A stretch of DNA of 64,000 bases from Bacteroidales bacterium (lineage in GTDB: Bacteria > Bacteroidota > Bacteroidia > Bacteroidales > UBA932), in contig JAFSQE010000001.1 in NCBI GenBank assembly GCA_017446775.1, positions 81,954-145,953 on the forward strand, written 5' to 3'. The position numbers and the translations under genes were made by a program. This document shows, piece by piece, positions 37,841 to 46,820 of the stretch. Under the pieces are notes generated by a model, which did not search any database, was not told the origin of the DNA, and saw only the letters and a list, made by a program, of their open reading frames with translations. Every line of letters starts with the position of its first letter. Position 1 is the stretch's first letter.

Positions 37841-39694
37841 ATGAAACACAAATATATCATTGCTCTTGTAACCCTGGCTCTGGCACTGTGTTCATGCCAG
37901 AAGGTATCTGACTGGATGACCAAACAGGACACCGGAGACCTTACTTTTGAAGAGGTCTGGGTAGATGAGAATTATGTGGAGGGTTGGCTCAACTACTGCT
38001 TTACCGGCATCCCCGGCGTAGGCTGGTGGTGCTCCGGCGGAGAGCCGCTCTGGTGCCTTACAGACGAGGGTTGGTCTTCTCTGGATGCTGCTGGCGCCAC
38101 TTCACACAGTGTATACGACGGTAACTTCAGCTCCGCAGGCTGGCCCGGAGGGCGCAACCGTTATGCCGTGTCCCAATACTTCATACGCAATATCAACATA
38201 TTCCTCCACTACATAGTGCTGGATACTACTCCCGTACAGAACGAAGACAGCCGCCGCCGCATGATTGCAGATGCCTATGTGCTGCGGGCATATTATATGT
38301 TTGAGCTGTTCAAGGAATACGGCCCCCTGTATCTTTATAACGACGACGGTGTAGAACCGGAAGACGGGCACCCGGAATATCTGCGGTTCATCCCGGAAAG
38401 GACCGATTCCTATGCAAACCTGCGCAGGGTACCGGCAGAAGACTATATCCGGTGGATTATTGCCGACTGCGACCGCGGCCTGGCAATCCCCGACATGCCC
38501 TGGCGGGCAGAGCTCGCCAACGAGGCGGCCCGTATGACCCGCGCCCTTGCATGGACCATCAAGTCCACCGCGCTGCTCTGGCTGGCAAGCCCGCTGTTCA
38601 ACGACGGCAAAGATTATTGGGAAGAGGCCTACCAGATGCACAAGACAACCCTGGAGCTGCTCCGTGAACACGGTTTTGCACTCTATTCAAAATGCTCCAA
38701 TCCCAGCGTGTACGGCACCGGCCCGGCAAACGCATGGCGTCAGTATCATGCTGACAGGAACCTGGCATGGGCCGGTCCTTCTCCGTCCGATACAGAAACT
38801 ATTTTCGCATTCGGCGGATCCTCCGGTAATTATGCCGGGAACTGGGTTGGTTCCAGACATACCGGCATCGGATACTGCGGTACCTGCCCCACTCAGGAGA
38901 TGGTGGACTGCTACGAAACCATAGACGGCGTACCGGTGCTTGACCTGGCAAATCCTTATGCCGACGAGTATCACCTGCAACCCAATTTCAACCCGGATAA
39001 CAGGCTTTACGACGACCAGCACCCCTACGACAACCGCGACCCCCGTTTCGAACAGTGCATCATGCACCACGGCACGCCCTACACGTGGGACAAAGACTAC
39101 AACGTGGACATCAGCGCCGACGGCCGCAACTACCGCAGCACCCTGCCGACCGACCTGACCCAGACACGCACCGGCTATTACTTCTGCAAGACCATACCGC
39201 CGAACATTGCAATCAACAACGCCGATACCGGCCCCGGTATGCGTCAGTACAAGATGTCGGAACTCATCCTCAACTTTGCAGAGTGCGCACTTGAGGCCGG
39301 CCACCTGGAAGAGGCCCGCGAGGCGGTCAATGAAATCCGCGAACGGGTCGAGATGCCACCGCTGCCCGCATCGCTTGCAAGCGACAAGGAGGCCCTGCGC
39401 CTGCGCCTGTACAACGAGCGCCGCGTAGAGCTGGCATTTGAAGAGACCCGCTACTACGACCTTCGCCGCCGCTGCCGCCCCGAAGAGGAGATTCCCGGCA
39501 TCAAGTATCTGACTGGCGTAGATGCCGTATATGCAGGCGACTGGTCTGCGGCAACCTTTACCCGCGTGCAGATACGCGAAGAGGAGCGCCACGGCTTTGA
39601 GGCCAAATGCAAGCTGACCCCGCTCCCGAAAGGCGAGGTATCTAACCTGAAGGTAAAAACCGGTGTTGATTTCCAGAACTATGGCTGGGAATAG
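37841..39694 (+). CDS. SusD/RagB family lipoprotein (pair 2)
   Basis: 617 aa with lipobox LCSC. It follows a susC-like gene and contains ERRVELAFEETRYYDLRR. Confidence 0.85.
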   Translation: MKHKYIIALVTLALALCSCQKVSDWMTKQDTGDLTFEEVWVDENYVEGWLNYCFTGIPGVGWWCSGGEPLWCLTDEGWSSLDAAGATSHSVYDGNFSSAGWPGGRNRYAVSQYFIRNINIFLHYIVLDTTPVQNEDSRRRMIADAYVLRAYYMFELFKEYGPLYLYNDDGVEPEDGHPEYLRFIPERTDSYANLRRVPAEDYIRWIIADCDRGLAIPDMPWRAELANEAARMTRALAWTIKSTALLWLASPLFNDGKDYWEEAYQMHKTTLELLREHGFALYSKCSNPSVYGTGPANAWRQYHADRNLAWAGPSPSDTETIFAFGGSSGNYAGNWVGSRHTGIGYCGTCPTQEMVDCYETIDGVPVLDLANPYADEYHLQPNFNPDNRLYDDQHPYDNRDPRFEQCIMHHGTPYTWDKDYNVDISADGRNYRSTLPTDLTQTRTGYYFCKTIPPNIAINNADTGPGMRQYKMSELILNFAECALEAGHLEEAREAVNEIRERVEMPPLPASLASDKEALRLRLYNERRVELAFEETRYYDLRRRCRPEEEIPGIKYLTGVDAVYAGDWSAATFTRVQIREEERHGFEAKCKLTPLPKGEVSNLKVKTGVDFQNYGWE

Positions 39695-39721
39695 GCATGT
39701 ACTTTAGAAAAACATCAAGCT

Positions 39722-42700
39722 ATGCGAATCAAATATAGAATAACCCTGATTCTGGTTGCCATCGTGTTGGGCACAGCTAACCTTGCTGCCCAGAACGCCA
39801 TGATCATCAACCTCAAGGGTACAGTTACCGACGAATTCGGCAATCCGCTCTACAACGCACTGCTGGTGAGCGCCAACAAGGCCAACCAGTACATCACCAA
39901 TCCCGACGGTTCATACGACTTCCAGATAAGGGATGCAAGTACATACATCACGGTGAGCTATCCCGGCTTTAACGACCAGGATGTGCCCATCAGCGAGATT
40001 CTGGATGGCCACAACACCATAGTGCTTAAAGAGAGCGCCCAGTATGAAGACGAGCTGGTGGACATGGTGCATCACAAGATGCGCAAGAACCTTATCACCG
40101 GCAGCGTATCCACCGTAAGCGGCCGTATGCTGCAAAAGACCCCCACCCTGCGCCTGCAGGAGTCCATTATGGGCCGCATCGTGGGTCTGGGCAGCCTTGA
40201 GCGCAACGCCAACCCGACCATGTATCCCGAGGCTGGCGAGGGTACCGACTATACCGCCTACTACGACCTCAACATCCGCGGTATCCACACCTTCAACGGC
40301 CCCCGCGACATCACCATAATGGTGGACGGCATCCGCTACGAAGGGTACGACGGACACATCTTCACCTACTTCAACCCTCGTGAGATAGAGTCGATATCGG
40401 TTATCCGCGACGCCGCATCGCTGGCCCTCTACGGCATTATTGGCGGGGACGGCGTGCTAAGCATCACCACCAAGCGCGGACAGCAGGGCGAACCGCGAAT
40501 CACGGTGGCCTACGACCACTCGCTGCGCGGCATGGACACAGAGCGCTACCACATGTTTGATGCATACACCTTTGCCACCCTGCGCAACCAGGCCTGCATA
40601 AACGACGGTCTTGTTCCGGAATACTCCGACCAGGCGTTGCAATACTACAAGGACGGCACCTGGCCCAGCCACGACTACTACGACGAGTTTGTCAAGCGCT
40701 ACACAACCCTGGACAAGCTCTACCTCTCGATTGGCGGCGGCAGCGAGTATGTGCAGTATATGTGCAACTTCCAGTGGCTGCACACCGGCGCGCTGTTCAA
40801 CATGCCCGAGTACAAGGATATCACCTACACGATGAATCCCGGCAGCGCCGATTACTTCCATGTGGCATCCAACCTGGACTCCAAGCTTAACTACTTTATC
40901 TCCGCAACATTCACCCTGCGCGGCGACTTCAAGATAGAGAACGGCCTTGGCAGCTCCCCCAACGACCGTATGCGCGTGCGCTATTCAGACATGTTAAGGC
41001 ACATCATGATAGCGGCCCCCACGATCACCAGCCTCTATGCCCCCGAAGGTGCCCATGTAGAAGACAGGGACATCTCTTACATGCCGCTTTTCAGCGACCA
41101 TAGCAGGATGTCTGCCATCTGGGGTACGGTATATAACACCAACCCCTACGCAGAGCTTACCCACTCCGGCCGTACCATGAAATATGCCACCTTCGTGCAC
41201 ATGGACGCCAAGGTCAACTTTGACTTTGGCATGGTAACCCCCGGCCTTGGCGGTCAGGTCGGTTTCTCTTTCAAGGGCGGCGGAGACAAGGATATCGACT
41301 ATGCCATCAACTACACCATGTACCAGGCGACGGACCCCAGCCTGACACGATTCCGCCAGTACGGGGCCGAAGTTGACTCTAACGGCTATTCCAAATACTA
41401 CACTTTCTGTTACAGTTACGAGTACTTTGGCAAGGCGTTCTACAACCGCAACTTTGGCGACCACGGCATAAATGCAGTGTTTACGGGCAACCACCGCGAA
41501 ATGGTGACCCGCGACGTGGGCGGCAAGAACAATATCCCCTACCGCAGTGAGCTGTTCGGCCTCAACGCAAACTATTCATACAAGGACAGATATATCATCA
41601 ACGGAACCCTGGGTTACTCCGGCAGCGATGCGCTCCCCACCAACAACCGGTTCCACTTCACCCCCGGCGTGGGTGCGGCCTGGGTGGCATCCAAAGAAGA
41701 TTGGCTGCGGGGCAACCCTGTCTTATCGTACCTCAAGCTGCGCGGCAGCTACGGACGTGCCGCCCGAATCAACTTTACCACCGGCCGCTTCGTGTACAAG
41801 GCCGATGTAAGCACCAGCACCTGGGATCAGGGCAGCATGGCCAACGACAGCCTCGAACCCGAATTCGTAAAGGGTTTGGATGCCGGTCTTGACCTTACCC
41901 TGTTCAACTGCCTGAATATCTCCGGCTCTGTATTCAAAGAGAATGTGGACAACGCCTACATGGGCTCAACAAAATACACTCCCGAGTTCCAGGGCGTATC
42001 GCTTGGCAACTATCCCGCTACCAACACCGGTAAATTCTCCAACAAGGGATATGAGCTCTCTGTGCAGTTCAACAAGCAGATCACCAAAGACTTTACCCTG
42101 TGGGCCGGTGCTGCTACCTGGTACAACGAAAACCAGGTAATCTACGAGGGTGAGATGGAGCGGGACAAATCGTACTACTGGCCTAAATGCCCCAACCACC
42201 CCGATGAGGACTGGCCTTACTTCTCTGAAGGATACTCGGTGGGTACATACAGCGGCTACCGTTTCGATGTTCCGGAGGGAGAAAGCTGGAAGATGGCCGA
42301 CGGCAGCATCAACCCCCATGTACTGTTCAACAACCAGGAAGAGATCGATGCCTGCGGCCTGGACTACTCGCAGCTTGGCACCGTACGTCCCGGCGACTTC
42401 AAGTACAAGGATATGAACGGCGACGGCGTGCTCAACTACAAGGATGCAGACAAGTTTGAGTATTCCCGACTCCCCCGCCAGTATTTCAATGCAAACATCG
42501 GTTTCCGCTTCAAACGGTTCGAGGTGAGCGCGTTGTTCTATGGCGTGAGCAAGTACATGACCCCGCTGGGCGACGAATTCTTTACCGGATATAACTACGA
42601 CGGCTTCTTCTGCGACCTGCACGAAAACGCATGGACGGCAGAGAAGGCTGCCCAGGGCATCACCAGCGACGGCAGGTATGTCGCATTCATCAACGCTCCC

Positions 42701-42976
42701 GCCCTCTCCATGTCTGGCACGGTGAGCCACGTTACCAACGAGTACAATCTGGTGGACGGCAGCTTCCTCAAGCTCAAGAACGCCGAGATTGCCTACAACA
42801 TTCCGGAAAAACTCTGCCGCAGGATATCCGCTCAGGATATCAGGGTTGCGCTCCAGGGTCAGAACCTGCTCAAGTGGGACCGCATACCCAGCAAGTACAT
42901 CGATCCCGAGACAGGTTATCTTGGATATTACCAGCCCATGAGGGTATTCAATTTTGCGCTTAACATAACTTTCTAA
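39722..42976 (+). CDS. SusC-like TonB-dependent transporter (pair 3), with a divergent plug/TonB-box region
   Basis: 1084 aa with a carboxypeptidase-regulatory-like N-domain and a C-terminal barrel ending LNITF. The plug motifs are altered: DELVDMVHHKMRK replaces DEVVVxGYGxQKK, and LYGIIGGDGVLSITTKRG replaces IYGxRGANGV. Confidence 0.85.
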   Translation: MRIKYRITLILVAIVLGTANLAAQNAMIINLKGTVTDEFGNPLYNALLVSANKANQYITNPDGSYDFQIRDASTYITVSYPGFNDQDVPISEILDGHNTIVLKESAQYEDELVDMVHHKMRKNLITGSVSTVSGRMLQKTPTLRLQESIMGRIVGLGSLERNANPTMYPEAGEGTDYTAYYDLNIRGIHTFNGPRDITIMVDGIRYEGYDGHIFTYFNPREIESISVIRDAASLALYGIIGGDGVLSITTKRGQQGEPRITVAYDHSLRGMDTERYHMFDAYTFATLRNQACINDGLVPEYSDQALQYYKDGTWPSHDYYDEFVKRYTTLDKLYLSIGGGSEYVQYMCNFQWLHTGALFNMPEYKDITYTMNPGSADYFHVASNLDSKLNYFISATFTLRGDFKIENGLGSSPNDRMRVRYSDMLRHIMIAAPTITSLYAPEGAHVEDRDISYMPLFSDHSRMSAIWGTVYNTNPYAELTHSGRTMKYATFVHMDAKVNFDFGMVTPGLGGQVGFSFKGGGDKDIDYAINYTMYQATDPSLTRFRQYGAEVDSNGYSKYYTFCYSYEYFGKAFYNRNFGDHGINAVFTGNHREMVTRDVGGKNNIPYRSELFGLNANYSYKDRYIINGTLGYSGSDALPTNNRFHFTPGVGAAWVASKEDWLRGNPVLSYLKLRGSYGRAARINFTTGRFVYKADVSTSTWDQGSMANDSLEPEFVKGLDAGLDLTLFNCLNISGSVFKENVDNAYMGSTKYTPEFQGVSLGNYPATNTGKFSNKGYELSVQFNKQITKDFTLWAGAATWYNENQVIYEGEMERDKSYYWPKCPNHPDEDWPYFSEGYSVGTYSGYRFDVPEGESWKMADGSINPHVLFNNQEEIDACGLDYSQLGTVRPGDFKYKDMNGDGVLNYKDADKFEYSRLPRQYFNANIGFRFKRFEVSALFYGVSKYMTPLGDEFFTGYNYDGFFCDLHENAWTAEKAAQGITSDGRYVAFINAPALSMSGTVSHVTNEYNLVDGSFLKLKNAEIAYNIPEKLCRRISAQDIRVALQGQNLLKWDRIPSKYIDPETGYLGYYQPMRVFNFALNITF

Positions 42977-42988
42977 AAGGGTACTATT

Positions 42989-44752
42989 ATGAAAAAGCTA
43001 TACAGATTGTTTATTGCAGCCGCTGCGGCGCTCGTAATGTTACCCTCCTGCAGCCAGTTGCTGGAACCCGAGCCCTACGGTTTGGTGGATCTTGACCTGG
43101 TCTGGACCAAATACAACTACACATCTTCGCTGGTGGGCACTATCGGCAAGGCCGCGGAGTGGCGCTCTACACTGGACTACGCTCCGTTCTGCGACGAGGC
43201 GCAACATGTGCAGGACCGCACCGGCGGCGTGTATTACAACTGGTACAACATAGATTTTCTCTCCGGTAACTACCCTATGGGTTCCGGATATACCAACATC
43301 TACAACAACATCCGCACGATAAACTTTTATCTTACCAACAACTATAAGATAAGTTTCACCAATGTCGACGATCTGGAGCTGGAGTATTGGGAGGTAAAGG
43401 CGCACCTATACCGTGCATGGTACTACTTTATGCTGATGAAGCGCTTTGCACAGGCAGTGATCTTTACAGAGTGCTATGACCTCAACGAGACCTTTACCGA
43501 TGCCAAGCTCAACAACGTAGAGGAGATTGCGGACTTTATTATACAGGAGCTGGATCTGTGCCTTGCAGCCACAGAGAACGAATCGTCGCCCTACACCTTC
43601 AGGTGGAAACCGGGCAGCTATAGCATCTGCCGCGGATGGGCATGGGTGCTTAAGGCCCGCACGGCGATGTATGCCGCCAGCCCGCTCTACTACACCGAGG
43701 GGAGCAAATACACCTGGGAGTACGCATACCAGATCAACAAGCAGGCGGTAGATGAACTGCGGGCCCACGGGTATACGCTGTTCAACGAGCAGCCGAAGGA
43801 CAGCTATGCCCTCAACTGCTACGACTACTACCATATCTTCAAGAGCGACCCGGCACGCCTCACCGACAACGAGACCATCCTGGGCAACGGCGGCCAGCTT
43901 GCCATGTGGCAAAGCTATGGCCTGCCCACCACCAAAGGTCGCCTCTCCTGCGGTATCTGCCCCACACAGGAGCTTGTGGACTGCTACGAGACCATAGACG
44001 GCGAGCCCATCCTGGATTTGGAGCAGCCCTATCTCGACGAAGCCCACCTGCAGCCCAACTACAACAGGAACAATACGCTCTACGACCCCGAGAATCCGTA
44101 CGAGAACCGTGACCCGCGATTCTACAGCTCTATCTACTACAACAACGCTCCGCGCTGGTGGATCAAGCCCGACTCGCTTCGCGTAGAGACTTTTGTGGGT
44201 GGCAACTGCGGTATTTCTGACGATGCAAAATCGGTATACTACACCCGCACGGGCTATTATATCCGCAAGTTCAACTGCGACCGTTCCGGCGACGAGAACG
44301 GCAACATGGACGGACGCGTGCACAATGCCCGCCTGGCAGAGATGTACCTCAACCTGGCAGAGTGCGCCTGCGAATCCGGTCACTTTGAGGATGCTTACGA
44401 CTACACCAACCTGGTGCGCGAGCGCGTTGGCATGCCCGACCTGCCCGACGGCCTAAGCCAGGACCAGCTGCGACTGCGTATCCGCAACGAGCGGCGCGTA
44501 GAGCTGGCATTCGAGAACTTCCGCTGGGACGATGTCCGCCGCTGGAAAATCATAGACCAGACAGAGGAGCACGTGACCGGCATGCGCATCACCAAAGGCG
44601 ATGACGGCAAGCTCACCTACAAGCGCTTCAGCTTTGGTCCCCGCACCAACAAGGGGCACTTCAAGTATCTGCTGTTCCCGATGAGCGAGACTGAGGTCAA
44701 TAAGATGAAGTACCTCACCGGCGATGACTGGCAGACGCCCGGCTGGGAATAG
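42989..44752 (+). CDS. SusD/RagB family lipoprotein (pair 3), a paralogue of the pair-2 SusD
   Basis: 587 aa with lipobox LPSC. It shares long near-identical blocks with the 37841 gene, for example CPTQELVDCYETIDGEPILDL against CPTQEMVDCYETIDGVPVLDL. Confidence 0.85.
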   Translation: MKKLYRLFIAAAAALVMLPSCSQLLEPEPYGLVDLDLVWTKYNYTSSLVGTIGKAAEWRSTLDYAPFCDEAQHVQDRTGGVYYNWYNIDFLSGNYPMGSGYTNIYNNIRTINFYLTNNYKISFTNVDDLELEYWEVKAHLYRAWYYFMLMKRFAQAVIFTECYDLNETFTDAKLNNVEEIADFIIQELDLCLAATENESSPYTFRWKPGSYSICRGWAWVLKARTAMYAASPLYYTEGSKYTWEYAYQINKQAVDELRAHGYTLFNEQPKDSYALNCYDYYHIFKSDPARLTDNETILGNGGQLAMWQSYGLPTTKGRLSCGICPTQELVDCYETIDGEPILDLEQPYLDEAHLQPNYNRNNTLYDPENPYENRDPRFYSSIYYNNAPRWWIKPDSLRVETFVGGNCGISDDAKSVYYTRTGYYIRKFNCDRSGDENGNMDGRVHNARLAEMYLNLAECACESGHFEDAYDYTNLVRERVGMPDLPDGLSQDQLRLRIRNERRVELAFENFRWDDVRRWKIIDQTEEHVTGMRITKGDDGKLTYKRFSFGPRTNKGHFKYLLFPMSETEVNKMKYLTGDDWQTPGWE

Positions 44753-44772
44753 TCTACCAACACATACAACAA

Positions 44773-44802
44773 AACGCTACGACATACATCGTAGCGTTTT
44801 TT
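44773..44802. terminator. Probable bidirectional rho-independent terminator between convergent genes
   Basis: Perfect 9-bp stem AACGCTACG / CGTAGCGTT with an 8-nt loop. It is flanked by AAAA on one side and TTTT on the other. Confidence 0.65.
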
Positions 44803-44846
44803 ATTACATACGTGGGAGGAGCCTTGCATGAAAGTCCTGCTCCCTG

Positions 44847-45824
44847 CTATAAGATTGCTGCCAGGTTGATGGCGAGAAGGGGGATTAGTACGAGGAGGGA
44901 GATGACCCAGATGAGCACCATGATAAGGCCGGGGCGCCAGGAGGGCGACTTGAGGCCGAACATCAACAGGATGCCGTAGTAGATGGCGATTATGCAGGGG
45001 ATGAAATAAACCAGCGCAGCCACGATCATGGTGGTGATACCCAGCGCCCGGATATTCTCCAGACCGATTTCATTCATTCCCTCGGAGATGGCCTGCGCCA
45101 CATCGGGATTGAGCGATGCGAGCGCCGGCAGGCTTGCAACAAAAATGCCTCCGGCGAGAGCGCTGAGCCCTGTCAGGAACAGCAGCAAACCGCAGATAAA
45201 ACCCAGTATGCGGCCGACGACCTGTCCTGCGGGAGCGCCGGGGACTTGCTGGCCCCCCTTTACCCGCTGCTCTATGCCCGCGGCAGAGAGTTGTTCTCCG
45301 CGCAGCTCGCACTGCTTCTGCACGGTATCGGCCTTGGGCATTGCTATCCAGCAGATAAGATATGCCACCGGAATCACCAGCAGGAACTGCTCTGCCGCAA
45401 ACGAGGCCAGAAACAGCACCAACAGGACAATCCTTATCAGCGTGACATCCCAATTGAGATAGGTTGCCAGGCCGCTGCAAACGCCGCCTATAAAGCGCCC
45501 TTCCGGGTTGCGGTAAAGCCGCTTGCGAGGCTTTTCTGCAGATTTGGTACCCGCGCCGGGGATATCCTCGCCAATGTTAGAGGGAGTCCCCAGGATACCG
45601 ATGGCATAGCGTGCATCGGCCACCGACACCACGCTTGCGCTGCCGCACCGTTCCAGCAGCAGCTCTGCCAGACGCTCTTCTATATCCTCTACAATCTCTT
45701 TCCCGTCGGGGCTGCCGCCATAATAGCCCTGCAGCTCCTTCAGGTATTCGTCTATCAGCACATACGAATCCTGGTCTACATTAAAGGCGCACCCGCCTAT
45801 ATTTACCTGAACTGTCTGTTTCAT
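44847..45824 (-). CDS. PspC-domain membrane protein with an N-terminal DUF1700/HAAS-like helical domain and extra C-terminal TM helices
   Basis: 325 aa. The PspC signature is LYRNPEGRFIGGVCSGLATYLNWDVTLIRIVLLVL. The N-terminal domain of about 90 aa is similar to that of the 46165 gene. The C-terminal half is polytopic. Confidence 0.75.
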   Translation of the reverse strand: MKQTVQVNIGGCAFNVDQDSYVLIDEYLKELQGYYGGSPDGKEIVEDIEERLAELLLERCGSASVVSVADARYAIGILGTPSNIGEDIPGAGTKSAEKPRKRLYRNPEGRFIGGVCSGLATYLNWDVTLIRIVLLVLFLASFAAEQFLLVIPVAYLICWIAMPKADTVQKQCELRGEQLSAAGIEQRVKGGQQVPGAPAGQVVGRILGFICGLLLFLTGLSALAGGIFVASLPALASLNPDVAQAISEGMNEIGLENIRALGITTMIVAALVYFIPCIIAIYYGILLMFGLKSPSWRPGLIMVLIWVISLLVLIPLLAINLAAIL

Positions 45825-45829
45825 GGCTG

Positions 45830-46159
45830 TTACTTTTTAATCTCCTCTATTGTTGCTATTATCTCGTGCCAGGCCTCGTCCATCGCCGCGAGCTGTTCCC
45901 GACCCTTGTCTGTGATAGAGTAATACTTGCGGGGCGGCCCCTGCGGCGACTCCTCCCACCGGTATGTGAGAAGGCCCTGGTTTTTCTGCCTTATAAGCAG
46001 CGGATACAGCGTACCCTCCACCACAATCATATTGGCATCCTTAAGCCGCGCGAGCATGCTTGAAGAGTAGGCGTCCTCTTTTGCCAGAAGACACAGGATG
46101 CAGTATTCAAGCACCCCTTTGCGCATCTGCGAGCGCACATTCTCTGTGATATTGTCCAT
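45830..46159 (-). CDS. PadR family transcriptional regulator
   Basis: 109 aa; winged-HTH pattern GVLEYCILCLL ... GTLYPLLIRQKNQGLL ... GPPRKYYSITDKG. Confidence 0.9.
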   Translation of the reverse strand: MDNITENVRSQMRKGVLEYCILCLLAKEDAYSSSMLARLKDANMIVVEGTLYPLLIRQKNQGLLTYRWEESPQGPPRKYYSITDKGREQLAAMDEAWHEIIATIEEIKK

Positions 46160-46164
46160 AGCCG

Positions 46165-46731
46165 TTATCTGCTTGTAGTGAATTTGGAAAGATTCTCAAA
46201 GGTCGGCTCCAGGCCGCGCAGCTGACACTTCTCCGTGGGGGTCTTTGCGTTGGGAGCGATTATCCAGAGCACAAGATATATCCACAGTCCGCAGCTTGCA
46301 CACAGAAAGAGCACGATGAATGCCACCCTTACCAGCGTGACGTCGATATTGAAATATGCCGCCAGGCCACTGCAAACGCCACCTACAGAGCGATGGTCCG
46401 GGTCGCGGAAGAATTTGTGGACAGGTTGTGAGCTTTCGCGGGCGGAGGAGGAAGATGCGCTTTCGGAACGATAGGCAGAGCCGTCGGGCATGCCGATACG
46501 GCCTATGATATCGTCTATCATGGCGATGTCGATTACCCTACCCTCGCCGCCAAGAGCAGCCGCAGCCAGCTCCGCGATGCGGTTTTCAAGGTCGCTCATC
46601 ACCTCGGCGTTATCCGCCCCGGCGTGCAGTTTTGCACGGAAAGCAGCCAGATACGCATCCAGACGAGCATAAGCATCCTCGTCGATAATGAAATTGGTGC
46701 TGCCGATTGCAGCCGATACAGTCTTTTTCAT
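46165..46731 (-). CDS. PspC-domain membrane protein with an N-terminal DUF1700/HAAS-like helical domain (short form)
   Basis: 188 aa from ATG 46731 (MKKTVSAAIG). The PspC signature is FFRDPDHRSVGGVCSGLAAYFNIDVTLVRVAFIVLFL. The ORF-track start at 46761 lies within the predicted -7 box. Confidence 0.75.
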   Translation of the reverse strand: MKKTVSAAIGSTNFIIDEDAYARLDAYLAAFRAKLHAGADNAEVMSDLENRIAELAAAALGGEGRVIDIAMIDDIIGRIGMPDGSAYRSESASSSSARESSQPVHKFFRDPDHRSVGGVCSGLAAYFNIDVTLVRVAFIVLFLCASCGLWIYLVLWIIAPNAKTPTEKCQLRGLEPTFENLSKFTTSR

Positions 46732-46758
46732 TGCTGTGACGTTTAGTATTTGTTGCCG

Positions 46759-46766
46759 CAAAGATA
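46759..46766 (-). promoter_or_regulatory. -7 promoter box (TATCTTTG on the minus strand) for the PspC-PadR-PspC operon
   Basis: Exact TAnnTTTG match 28 nt upstream of ATG 46731. Confidence 0.4.
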
Positions 46767-46820
46767 TATAAATTTTTTAATACCTTGCAATACAAAGTAC
46801 CAAAAATAAAAAAATATTCG

